Shown: positions 56,798-64,000 of the stretch, in pieces
Position numbering within the stretch: position 1 is the stretch's first letter
Layout: every line of letters starts with the position of its first letter
From: Gemmatimonadota bacterium
GTDB taxonomy: Bacteria; Gemmatimonadota; Gemmatimonadetes; Palauibacterales; Palauibacteraceae
DNA length: 64,000 nt
Assembly (NCBI GenBank): GCA_039589875.1
Contig: JBDHGL010000011.1
Span: 16,282-80,281, forward strand
Direction of reading: 5' to 3'
Program-made: the position numbers and the translations under genes
Notes under the pieces: generated by a model
Seen by the model: only the letters and a program-made list of their open reading frames with translations
What the model was told of the DNA's origin: nothing
Databases searched by the model: none

Positions 56798-59067
56798 CGC
56801 CCTCGCTGAACCCCGAACAAGCGACGGCCGTGGAGCACGGCGAGGGTCCTCTTCTCGTCCTCGCCGGAGCCGGGTCTGGGAAGACACGCGTCCTCACCGC
56901 GCGAATCGCGCGTCTAGTCGAAGAAGGCGTCCCGGCCCACCGGATCCTGGCCGTCACCTTCACCAACAAGGCTGCCGAGGTGATGCGCGCCCGGATCGGC
57001 GCGCTGCTCGGTCACGAGCCCGACGGACTCTGGGCCGGGACGTTTCACTCGGTCTGCGCTCGGCTGCTCCGGATCGAAGCGGATCGGACCGAGCGCACCC
57101 GCTCGTTCACCATCTACGACGAGAACGATTCGGAGCGGGCCGTGAAGCGCGCCATGGAAGACGTGGGAGTGGACCCGAAGCGGTGGTCGCCCAAGGGTGT
57201 GCGTGCGCGAATCTCCGACGCCAAGAACGCGATGGTGTCTCCGGAGGGGTTTGCCGCCACGATGTTTGATCCGCTCTCCAAGGTCACGGGCGACGTGTAC
57301 CCGGCCTACGAGCATCTTTTAACGCGCTGCAACGCCTACGACTTCGACGACCTCCTCCTGCGAGCCGTCCGCTTGCTGGAAGAGGATGACGAGGTGCGCG
57401 AGCATTACGGCGGCCGGTTCGCGCACGTGCTCGTGGACGAATACCAGGACACGAACCACGCCCAGTATCGCCTCGTTCGCGCGTTCGCTTCGGTTCACGA
57501 GAACATCTGCGTCGTCGGTGACGACGATCAGTCGATCTACGGATGGCGCGGGGCGGATATTCGGAACATCCTGGACTTCGAGCGTGATTTCCCCGGCACG
57601 ATGGTCGTACGGCTCGAGCAGAATTACCGATCCACCGGGGCCATTCTGCAGGTGGCCAATGCCGTGATCGCGCGGAATCGTTCCCGCAAGGAGAAGCGCC
57701 TGCGCACGGAGCGGCCGCACGGAGATCTGGTCGTGGTTTCGGCTCTCAGAGATGAGCGCGCGGAAGCGAAGTGGACGGTGCGGCAGATCGTGTCCGCTCG
57801 CGACAGACACGCTCTCGGAGAGATGGCGGTTCTCTACCGGACGAATGCTCAGTCACGAGCGTACGAGGATGCCTTCCGGGGTTCGGATCTGCCTTACCGC
57901 GTGGTAGGTGGCATCCGTTTCTACGAGCGCCGAGAAGTGAAGGACGTGCTGGCCTACATGCAGCTAGTCGTGAACCCCCTCGACGACGCCTCCTTTTTCC
58001 GAGCGGTCGCCTGGCCGCGCCGTGGCGTGGGGGCAGTGACGCTGGACCGTCTGGCCGCCGCCCGCGCCCGTTCGGGCGGAAGCCTGTTGAGTGTAGCGGC
58101 CGAAGCGGACGGCATCGAAGGCATCTCATCGGCCGCCGGCTCCTCTCTGGCACGGTTCGCCCGGGAGATCGACAGGCTTCGCGATCTGGCGACGGCAGCC
58201 TCTCCGGCGGAGGTGACCGAGGAGTGTTTACGTAGCTTCGAGCTGCGGGCCGCTCTCGAGATGGAAGAAGGGGGAGAAGATCGCTTGGCCAACGTCAACG
58301 AGCTCATCGCGGGAATGGTGGCCTTCTCGACCGAACGGCGGCCTGAGGAAGAATCGATGGCGAACAGCGAGCTGGAGCTGTTCCTCCAGCATGTGTCCCT
58401 TCTCACGGACATCGATCAGTACGACCCGGACGAGGGGGCCGTATCTCTGATGACCTTGCACAACGCGAAGGGCATGGAGTTTCCCATCGTCTTCATAGGG
58501 GGCGCTGAGGAAGGTCTCCTCCCGCTCGGTCGGTCGGCCGAAACGGCGGAGCAGCTGGAGGAAGAACGCCGCTTGTTCTACGTAGGCCTCACGCGGGCTA
58601 TGGACTGCCTCTTCCTCACGCACGTCTCCCATCGCTTCCGGGCCGGCAGTTCGATGCCCTGTCTACCGTCCAGCTTTTTGGACGACCTGCCGGACGAGGC
58701 GATCGATCGGCGGATGTCGGGTTTGTCGGGTTGGGGGGCGAGCCCTCGCTCCCGGTTCAGTGGAGGGGCGGGTTGGCGCCGGTCGTCCACCCGGCAAAGC
58801 TCGATAGACCCTTCGCCGGGTGAGGCCTTCGACTGGCAGTTCGATCCGGCCGGTCAAGCCGAGAGCGGTCCGGTATACGACTATTCCGAGAGCCAGGAGC
58901 CGTTCCAGTTCGTCACCGGCGCCCGGATCGTCCACCCGCGCTTCGGGCGGGGCACGGTGGTGTCGATAACCGGAGATGGGACGACGGCGAAGGCACGGAT
59001 CGAGTTCGATGGCGACGGGCTGAAGACGGTGATGGTCGCCCACGCGGGCCTCAGGCCCGCCGGGTAG
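56665..59067 (+). CDS. uvrD: ATP-dependent DNA helicase UvrD/PcrA
   Basis: Q motif LNPEQ, Walker A AGAGSGKT, VDEYQDTN, C-terminal Tudor-like FGRGTVV. ATG 56665 is the only canonical start, but codons 1-43 are not gene-like and overlap the kinase. The functional start is probably near 56794 (CTG). Confidence 0.9.
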   Translation: MGCGSLSRPQDHRGHAPGFDRAGARRFGRELQDPAAGGREERGLTPSLNPEQATAVEHGEGPLLVLAGAGSGKTRVLTARIARLVEEGVPAHRILAVTFTNKAAEVMRARIGALLGHEPDGLWAGTFHSVCARLLRIEADRTERTRSFTIYDENDSERAVKRAMEDVGVDPKRWSPKGVRARISDAKNAMVSPEGFAATMFDPLSKVTGDVYPAYEHLLTRCNAYDFDDLLLRAVRLLEEDDEVREHYGGRFAHVLVDEYQDTNHAQYRLVRAFASVHENICVVGDDDQSIYGWRGADIRNILDFERDFPGTMVVRLEQNYRSTGAILQVANAVIARNRSRKEKRLRTERPHGDLVVVSALRDERAEAKWTVRQIVSARDRHALGEMAVLYRTNAQSRAYEDAFRGSDLPYRVVGGIRFYERREVKDVLAYMQLVVNPLDDASFFRAVAWPRRGVGAVTLDRLAAARARSGGSLLSVAAEADGIEGISSAAGSSLARFAREIDRLRDLATAASPAEVTEECLRSFELRAALEMEEGGEDRLANVNELIAGMVAFSTERRPEEESMANSELELFLQHVSLLTDIDQYDPDEGAVSLMTLHNAKGMEFPIVFIGGAEEGLLPLGRSAETAEQLEEERRLFYVGLTRAMDCLFLTHVSHRFRAGSSMPCLPSSFLDDLPDEAIDRRMSGLSGWGASPRSRFSGGAGWRRSSTRQSSIDPSPGEAFDWQFDPAGQAESGPVYDYSESQEPFQFVTGARIVHPRFGRGTVVSITGDGTTAKARIEFDGDGLKTVMVAHAGLRPAG

Positions 59068-59108
59068 CGGCGGGCCCGCACCTTCTTTGGAGGCTGGCTG
59101 GTGCTCCG

Positions 59109-59555
59109 CTAACCCAGCCGGCGACGCTCGCTCGATTCGTCCACGTCTCGTCCTACCTTGGAACGGCCGGCCCTCACGCCGCGGAGCAGGGAAGCGGTGT
59201 TCAGAAACGTGCTTTCCGCCTCCTCCTGAACGACCTCGAGGAAGCCGTTGATCTCGGCCGCACGATCGCGCGCCGAGTCGATTATCTCGTTGGCTGAGGT
59301 CGTGGCACGTCGGACCGTCTGGCCGAGCTCATCCGCATCGCTACGAAACGCCGCACTCAGGTAGCTGATGTTTTCGGCGGCATTCGTAACCGTCGGGGTG
59401 AGCGTTCGCACGAGGGAGCGAAGCTCCTCCGAGCCCTTCAACCACTTGCGAAGCTCTCGAAAGGCCGGGATGGCCATGACGATCAGCGTGATCAGGGCCA
59501 AATAAAGGACTATCGACAAGATAAGGGCGGTAACCTGAAGGGTTTCGAGGTTCAC
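59109..59555 (-). CDS. DUF948-like membrane-anchored coiled-coil protein
   Basis: A single N-terminal TM (ALILSIVLYLALITLIVMAI) followed by a helical region. GTG 59555. Confidence 0.6.
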   Translation of the reverse strand: MNLETLQVTALILSIVLYLALITLIVMAIPAFRELRKWLKGSEELRSLVRTLTPTVTNAAENISYLSAAFRSDADELGQTVRRATTSANEIIDSARDRAAEINGFLEVVQEEAESTFLNTASLLRGVRAGRSKVGRDVDESSERRRLG

Positions 59556-59694
59556 AGTATACTCTCGGAATGAAGGCGATTGTGCGGCGGCGGGCGCGCT
59601 GCCGTCGATAGGGAATCTAGGTCCGTACGCGGCGCGCCTCAACTTGTCCGAGGGCTCGTTGCAGTCGTGCCTGACGAATCTCTAGGTTGCCTGC

Positions 59695-60975
59695 ATGAGC
59701 TTCTTCCGGATTCAGGGCGGAGTCTCGCTCGACGGCACATTCACTCCGGCTGGCAACAAGAACGCCGCGCTGCCAATACTCGCAGGCTGTCTCCTTACGG
59801 ATCAGCCCGTGCGGCTCACCAACGTGCCCGATATCCGGGACGTTCGAGCCATGGCAGACCTGCTGTCATCGCTGGGGGCGGAGGTGCGCTGGGATGGGGA
59901 GAACGAGCTGGTCGTGCATGCCCGAGACCTGACAGCGCGCCGGGTAGAAGCGGACCTGGCCTCCCGCATCAGGGCGTCCGTTCTGCTTGCCGGACCCATG
60001 CTGGCGCGGGAATCTGAGATCGAGCTCCCTCCGCCGGGAGGGGATGTGATCGGTCGTCGCCGGCTGGACACACACTTCTTGGCTCTAAGTCGCCTCGGAT
60101 CCGAGATTGAGGCGAGCGATTCGTACTATCTGCGGACGCAAGGCCTCAGGGGCGCCGATATCTTTCTCGACGAGCCGTCGGTGACCGGCACCGAGAACGC
60201 CATCCTGGCCGCCGTCACAGCAACGGGCACGACGCGGATCCGTAACGCTGCGGCCGAGCCGCATGTCCAGGATCTGAGCCGCTTTCTCAATACGCTCGGA
60301 GCTCGGATCGAGGGCATCGGCACTCACGTGCTCGAGATCGAAGGGGTGGAACGGCTGGGGACGGGAGAGCACCGGATCGGCCCTGATCATGTCGAAACGG
60401 GAAGCGTCATCGGCCTGGCGGCCGTCACTCGCTCGGCGGTCACGATCAAGGACGTCGGCGCCGAGGTGCAGGATACGCTGCGGCTCGGGTTTGCCCGCTT
60501 GGGCCTTGAGTGGGAACAGGTTGACGGCGGGATTCACGTGCCCGCAGAACAGTCGCTCGAGGTCGAATCCGATTTCGGCGAGCAGATACCGAAAATCGAC
60601 GATGGCCCGTGGCCCGCCTTTCCGGCGGACCTGATCAGCATCGCGCTCGTTCTCGCGACGCAGTGCCGCGGCACGGTGCTGCTTCACGAGAAGATGTTCG
60701 AGTCGCGGATGTTCTTCGTAGACAAGCTGATATCGATGGGCGGCCGCATCGTCCTCTGCGATCCGCACCGTGCGGTGGTGGTCGGCCCGGCTCGCCTCCG
60801 GGGCGCTCGGCTCCAGAGCCCCGACATTCGGGCCGGTATGGCTCTTTTGATCGCTGCGCTCGCTGCCGAGGGCGAGAGCGAGATCCACAACATCGAGCAG
60901 ATCGAGCGAGGATACGAGAGAATCGACGAACGGCTCCGGGAGCTCGGCGCTCCGATCGAGCGCGTTGCAGAGTGA
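59695..60975 (+). CDS. murA: UDP-N-acetylglucosamine 1-carboxyvinyltransferase
   Basis: [32 protein letters not shown]-type loop, [11 protein letters not shown]. Confidence 0.95.
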   Translation: MSFFRIQGGVSLDGTFTPAGNKNAALPILAGCLLTDQPVRLTNVPDIRDVRAMADLLSSLGAEVRWDGENELVVHARDLTARRVEADLASRIRASVLLAGPMLARESEIELPPPGGDVIGRRRLDTHFLALSRLGSEIEASDSYYLRTQGLRGADIFLDEPSVTGTENAILAAVTATGTTRIRNAAAEPHVQDLSRFLNTLGARIEGIGTHVLEIEGVERLGTGEHRIGPDHVETGSVIGLAAVTRSAVTIKDVGAEVQDTLRLGFARLGLEWEQVDGGIHVPAEQSLEVESDFGEQIPKIDDGPWPAFPADLISIALVLATQCRGTVLLHEKMFESRMFFVDKLISMGGRIVLCDPHRAVVVGPARLRGARLQSPDIRAGMALLIAALAAEGESEIHNIEQIERGYERIDERLRELGAPIERVAE

Positions 60976-61787
60976 TCTCGGAGGAAGCGCCGCCGAATCT
61001 AGTCCGGCCGGTAACCGAGCGTCGATCGACCGAGACCCCTTTCCCACTGTACAGGCTGGATAGTTGGGAGGAGGCTTTTGAAGGCGTCGCCGCTGGCGTC
61101 ACGGAGGCGGCTGTGGACGCCGACTTCTCCGCCGCCCGACAGGATGCCTGGACCTTCCTTGACCGCATCGAGGGCCTCGCGGGCCAGCTGGGCTTTCCCA
61201 CGGCCGTCTGGGCGCGCCAGGTGCATGGCGTCCAGGTGTGCTCCGCCGATGCCGGGCCGCCTCGGGGCTTTTTCTCACCTGGCGAGGCGGATGGCCTCGT
61301 GGCAGGCCGCGAGGACCTTCTACTGCTCGTCACGGTCGCCGACTGCGTACCGATCTATCTTCTAGAGCCCCGCAGCCACGTGATCGGGCTGCTTCACGCG
61401 GGCTGGAGGGGAGCCGCAGCCGGGATCCTGCAGCGGGGATTGGACGCGATGCGGGCAGCCTACGGGACGGCTCCAGCCGACCTGTATCTCCACTTGGGTC
61501 CCTCGATCTGCGGGGAGTGCTACGAAGTCGGCCCGGAGGTCTTGTCCCACTTCGGGCGAAGCGACCGGCACGCCGTCCGGCTGGATCTGCGAGCCGAGCT
61601 TGCCCGACAGGCCGGCACTCTTGGCGTTCAGCGGGGCCGGATGAGCGCATCATCGTGGTGCACGCGATGTGATTTGGACCGATTTCACTCTCATAGGGGT
61701 AGTGGGGAATCAGCCGGTCGGATGGCCGCTTTTTTGGGGTGGAATCAGGCCAGCGGAAGCGAATTTGAGGCGATCCGAGGCCAGTAA
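60972..61787 (+). CDS. pgeF: Peptidoglycan editing factor PgeF (YfiH/DUF152, laccase-domain protein)
   Basis: [50 protein letters not shown] overlap with murA. Confidence 0.88.
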   Translation: MISEEAPPNLVRPVTERRSTETPFPLYRLDSWEEAFEGVAAGVTEAAVDADFSAARQDAWTFLDRIEGLAGQLGFPTAVWARQVHGVQVCSADAGPPRGFFSPGEADGLVAGREDLLLLVTVADCVPIYLLEPRSHVIGLLHAGWRGAAAGILQRGLDAMRAAYGTAPADLYLHLGPSICGECYEVGPEVLSHFGRSDRHAVRLDLRAELARQAGTLGVQRGRMSASSWCTRCDLDRFHSHRGSGESAGRMAAFLGWNQASGSEFEAIRGQ

Positions 61788-61881
61788 TTTCGGTTGCCGT
61801 AGAAGCGGCTGATCGTTAAGTTTGCGATTACAGAACGGCCGGTGTTCTGCCGGTCGGCTCGCGGCCACCAGGCCGTGTTCG

Positions 61882-61916
61882 AAGTGGGGAAGCTTAAAAA
61901 GGCCCCACTTTTTTGT
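61882..61916 (+). terminator. Intrinsic terminator in the pgeF-rimP spacer (rimP-nusA leader)
   Basis: 8-bp stem AAGTGGGG / CCCCACTT, 13-nt loop, T6 tract 61909-61914, ending 3 nt before the rimP GGAGG SD. Confidence 0.6.
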
Positions 61917-61931
61917 TGGAGGTAGGCCGCG

Positions 61932-62438
61932 ATGGCCTACGGAGATGAGATGAGGGTTCTCGAGAAGGACATCGAGGAGCTCGTGGCCGAGCTCGGGTTC
62001 GAAATGGTGACCTTCGAGAGGGCCGGCGGAAGCCGCCGGCCGCTGCTCAGGCTCAGGATCGACAGAATGGGCGTCGAGTCCGGAGACTCAGGCGTGACCG
62101 TGGATGATTGCGCACGGGTGAGCCGTGCCTTGGAGGCGTATTTGGACTCTCGCGAGGAGGTACCGACGCGCAGCATCGTCGAGGTCTCTTCGCCGGGAGT
62201 CGAGAGGCCGCTGGTAAGGCCGGGAGACTACTCCCGGTTTGCCGGTCAACGCGTCCTCCTCCAGGGCTATGAGCCGCTGTTGGGTGGACAGAAGCGAGTC
62301 GAAGGTCTGCTGATAGGCCTGGCCGACAGCGAAAGCGAGGTCGAAGTGGACGTGGCGGGTGAGCGACTTCGGGTGCCGGTGGCGTCGATCGCGAAGGCGA
62401 ACCTCGTCTACGACTGGGAAGCGGACCTCAGAGGCTGA
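61932..62438 (+). CDS. rimP: Ribosome maturation factor RimP
   Basis: LVAELGFEMV, LLRLRIDR, VTVDDCARVSRAL, VEVSSPGVERPL. Confidence 0.9.
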   Translation: MAYGDEMRVLEKDIEELVAELGFEMVTFERAGGSRRPLLRLRIDRMGVESGDSGVTVDDCARVSRALEAYLDSREEVPTRSIVEVSSPGVERPLVRPGDYSRFAGQRVLLQGYEPLLGGQKRVEGLLIGLADSESEVEVDVAGERLRVPVASIAKANLVYDWEADLRG

Positions 62439-62465
62439 TGTAACCGAGGGAATCGGACCGAAGAT

Positions 62466-64000
62466 ATGAGCGATCAGATACCGATAGTCGAAGCGTTTCG
62501 GGTGATGACGGCGAATAAGGCGTTGTCGGAGTGGGAGTTACATGATCTCATCCGCGACGGCATTCACGCCGCGCTCGCTCGGGGCTTCGGAGGCCCGGTT
62601 GAGGCCGAGATCGAGATCCTCCCGGACGGTGACATCAAGATCGTCGTGCTGAAGGAAGTCGTCGAGGACGTGGAGGATCCGGCCCGGCAGATCAAGATCG
62701 AAGAGGCTCGCTGGGACGATCCGGACTTTCAGGCCGGCGACCTGATGGAAATCCCGGTCGATTTCCGGGAGTTCGGCCGAGGCGCCGTGATGGCGGCCAA
62801 GCAAAGGATCATCCAGCGCGTGCGCGAGGGTGAGAGAGACAAGATCCGCGAGGAGTTCAACGACAAGGTCGGCGAGCTCGTTTCCGGCGAGGTCCAGTCG
62901 ATCCAGCGTGGCACGCTCGTCGTCCTCCTGAATCGAGCCAGGGAAGCCGAGGCGATCATTCCGTGGCGAGAGCAGAACCCCCGCGAGCGGTTTCGCCAGG
63001 GAGAGTCGATTCGGGCCGTGCTCAAGAAGCTCGAGGAGACGCCGCGGGGGCCGAGGCTCATCCTATCTCGCGCGGATCCGCTTTTTGTCGCGGCACTCTT
63101 CGGACTCGAGGTGCCTGAGATCTATCAGAGCCTGATCGAGATCAAGGAGATCGTCCGCGAGGCGGGCGGCCGGACGAAGATTGCCGTCTCGTCGCGAGAT
63201 GAGTCCGTCGACCCGGTAGGCGCCTGCGTCGGCGTCAAGGGTGCGCGCGTCCAAGCCGTCGTGTCGGAGCTAGGCGGCGAGCGGATCGACATCGTGCCGT
63301 GGCACGCCGATCCGGAGATCTTCGCCCGGCGAGCGCTGGCTCCGGCGCGGGTATCCAAGGTGATCTCCGACGCGAGTCGCAGGGTGATTACGGCGATCGT
63401 CGACGAGGATCAGCTCTCTTTGGCGATCGGGCGCAACGGTCAGAACGTACGGCTCGCCTCGCAGCTCATCGGCTGGCAGCTCGACCTGTATTCCAGCCGG
63501 GACTGGATGGAGCGAGGAGCCGAGTCTGTCCTGTTCGGCGGGGACGACGATTACGAGGTAGCGGACTTCCCGCTTGCCGAGCTGGATGGTATCAGCCCGG
63601 CCACGCTGGCTGCTCTCGAGGCGATCGGCATCAGCTCCTTCTTCAACGTGCTGGACAAGGACAAGCAGGATTTTCTGCAGGTCCCCGGAATCGGCGAGGA
63701 AGAGGCGGAATCCCTCATCGCCTTGATCGACGAGCTAACGGTCGTCGACGAGGCCGAGTCGACCTCCGAGTCGGCGGACGAGCCTGAAGAGGCCGCGGCC
63801 GAGGGTGAGTCGGACGAGGGAGAGCCCGTAGCAGAGGGAGAGCCGGTAGCGGAGGGAGAGCCGGTAGCGGAGGGAGAGCCGGTAGCGGAATCCGAGGGTT
63901 CGGCCGAAGAGGAGCCGTCCGAGGAAGAAGCCGAGGCAGCGTCTCCGACTGCCGAAGAGGAGCCGTCCGAGGACGAGCTCTCCGAAGAGGGTACGGAGAA
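62466..64000 (+). CDS. nusA: Transcription termination/antitermination factor NusA, 3' end beyond the window, with a long acidic repeat tail
   Basis: Not in the ORF track because no stop is reached; I translated it by hand from ATG 62466. S1 domain GELVSGEVQSIQRG, KH domains DPVGACVGVKGARVQAV and LAIGRNGQNVRLASQL, then HhH-like region and an E/P/A-rich tail. Confidence 0.92.
   Translation, partial: MSDQIPIVEAFRVMTANKALSEWELHDLIRDGIHAALARGFGGPVEAEIEILPDGDIKIVVLKEVVEDVEDPARQIKIEEARWDDPDFQAGDLMEIPVDFREFGRGAVMAAKQRIIQRVREGERDKIREEFNDKVGELVSGEVQSIQRGTLVVLLNRAREAEAIIPWREQNPRERFRQGESIRAVLKKLEETPRGPRLILSRADPLFVAALFGLEVPEIYQSLIEIKEIVREAGGRTKIAVSSRDESVDPVGACVGVKGARVQAVVSELGGERIDIVPWHADPEIFARRALAPARVSKVISDASRRVITAIVDEDQLSLAIGRNGQNVRLASQLIGWQLDLYSSRDWMERGAESVLFGGDDDYEVADFPLAELDGISPATLAALEAIGISSFFNVLDKDKQDFLQVPGIGEEEAESLIALIDELTVVDEAESTSESADEPEEAAAEGESDEGEPVAEGEPVAEGEPVAEGEPVAESEGSAEEEPSEEEAEAASPTAEEEPSEDELSEEGTE
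63816..63887 (+). repeat. 4 x 18-nt in-frame tandem repeat GAGGGAGAGCC(C/G)GTAGC(A/G), encoding (EGEPVA)x4
   Basis: Read directly; copies at 63816, 63834, 63852 and 63870. A flanking duplicated GCCGAAGAGGAGCCGTCCGAGGA occurs twice further downstream. Confidence 0.9.

Overview
GC-rich bacterial chromosomal window with strong G/C third-position bias, many GTG/TTG starts and many long antisense ORFs that are compositional artefacts. I call about 60 genes, and almost all are core housekeeping. All family assignments come from motif recognition by eye; no BLAST or HMM search was run.

Layout:
- 1-7523 (+): partial DUF2064 glycosyltransferase, EamA transporter, asparaginase-II-like, CMD, obg, dprA, hrcA, dnaJ.
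- 7520-16588 (-): one pentose-phosphate operon, in transcription order unknown 148-aa gene, tkt, rpiB, fused tal-pgi, gnd, zwf, pgl.
- 16631-43177 (+): about 27 kb of tightly packed, often stop/start-overlapping genes. In order: prmA, rsmE, HIT, mutS2, dnaG, DUF164 zinc ribbon, recJ, rsmD, coaD, pta, rsmA, rex, DEDDh exonuclease, MBL, thiolase, bioY, CPBP, hbd, acyl-CoA DH, Leu/Val DH, glyA, yigZ, Minf_1886-like, small Zn ribbon, nnr, thiL, plsC.
- 43161-43974 (-): a frame-disrupted SPFH gene.
- 44096-50361 (+): eno, ftsB, tRNA(CAT), thiI, uppS, cdsA, rseP.
- 50371-53448 (-): manC, NTP_transf_4/LbH, MBL.
- 53736-64000: lipoprotein, serS, orphan histidine kinase, uvrD, DUF948 (-), murA, pgeF, rimP, nusA (runs off the window).

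I found no CRISPR array, transposase, integrase, phage gene, or recognisable defence, secretion or toxin-antitoxin genes. I could not identify a convincing novel multi-gene system, and the window reads as conserved core genome, possibly Gemmatimonadota/FCB-like (low confidence).

Best leads:
- a perfect Rex operator ahead of rex and a downstream thiolase/hbd/acyl-CoA-DH/Leu-DH block;
- an uncharacterised 148-aa gene heading the PPP operon;
- a lower-GC3 pair of a Minf_1886-like protein and a 65-aa Zn-ribbon protein;
- an exonuclease with a winged-helix-like N-domain and a poly-Arg tail;
- the frameshifted SPFH gene;
- a uvrD with no canonical start near its Q motif;
- an intrinsic terminator in the rimP-nusA leader;
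- an AT-rich promoter-like island at the bioY start.
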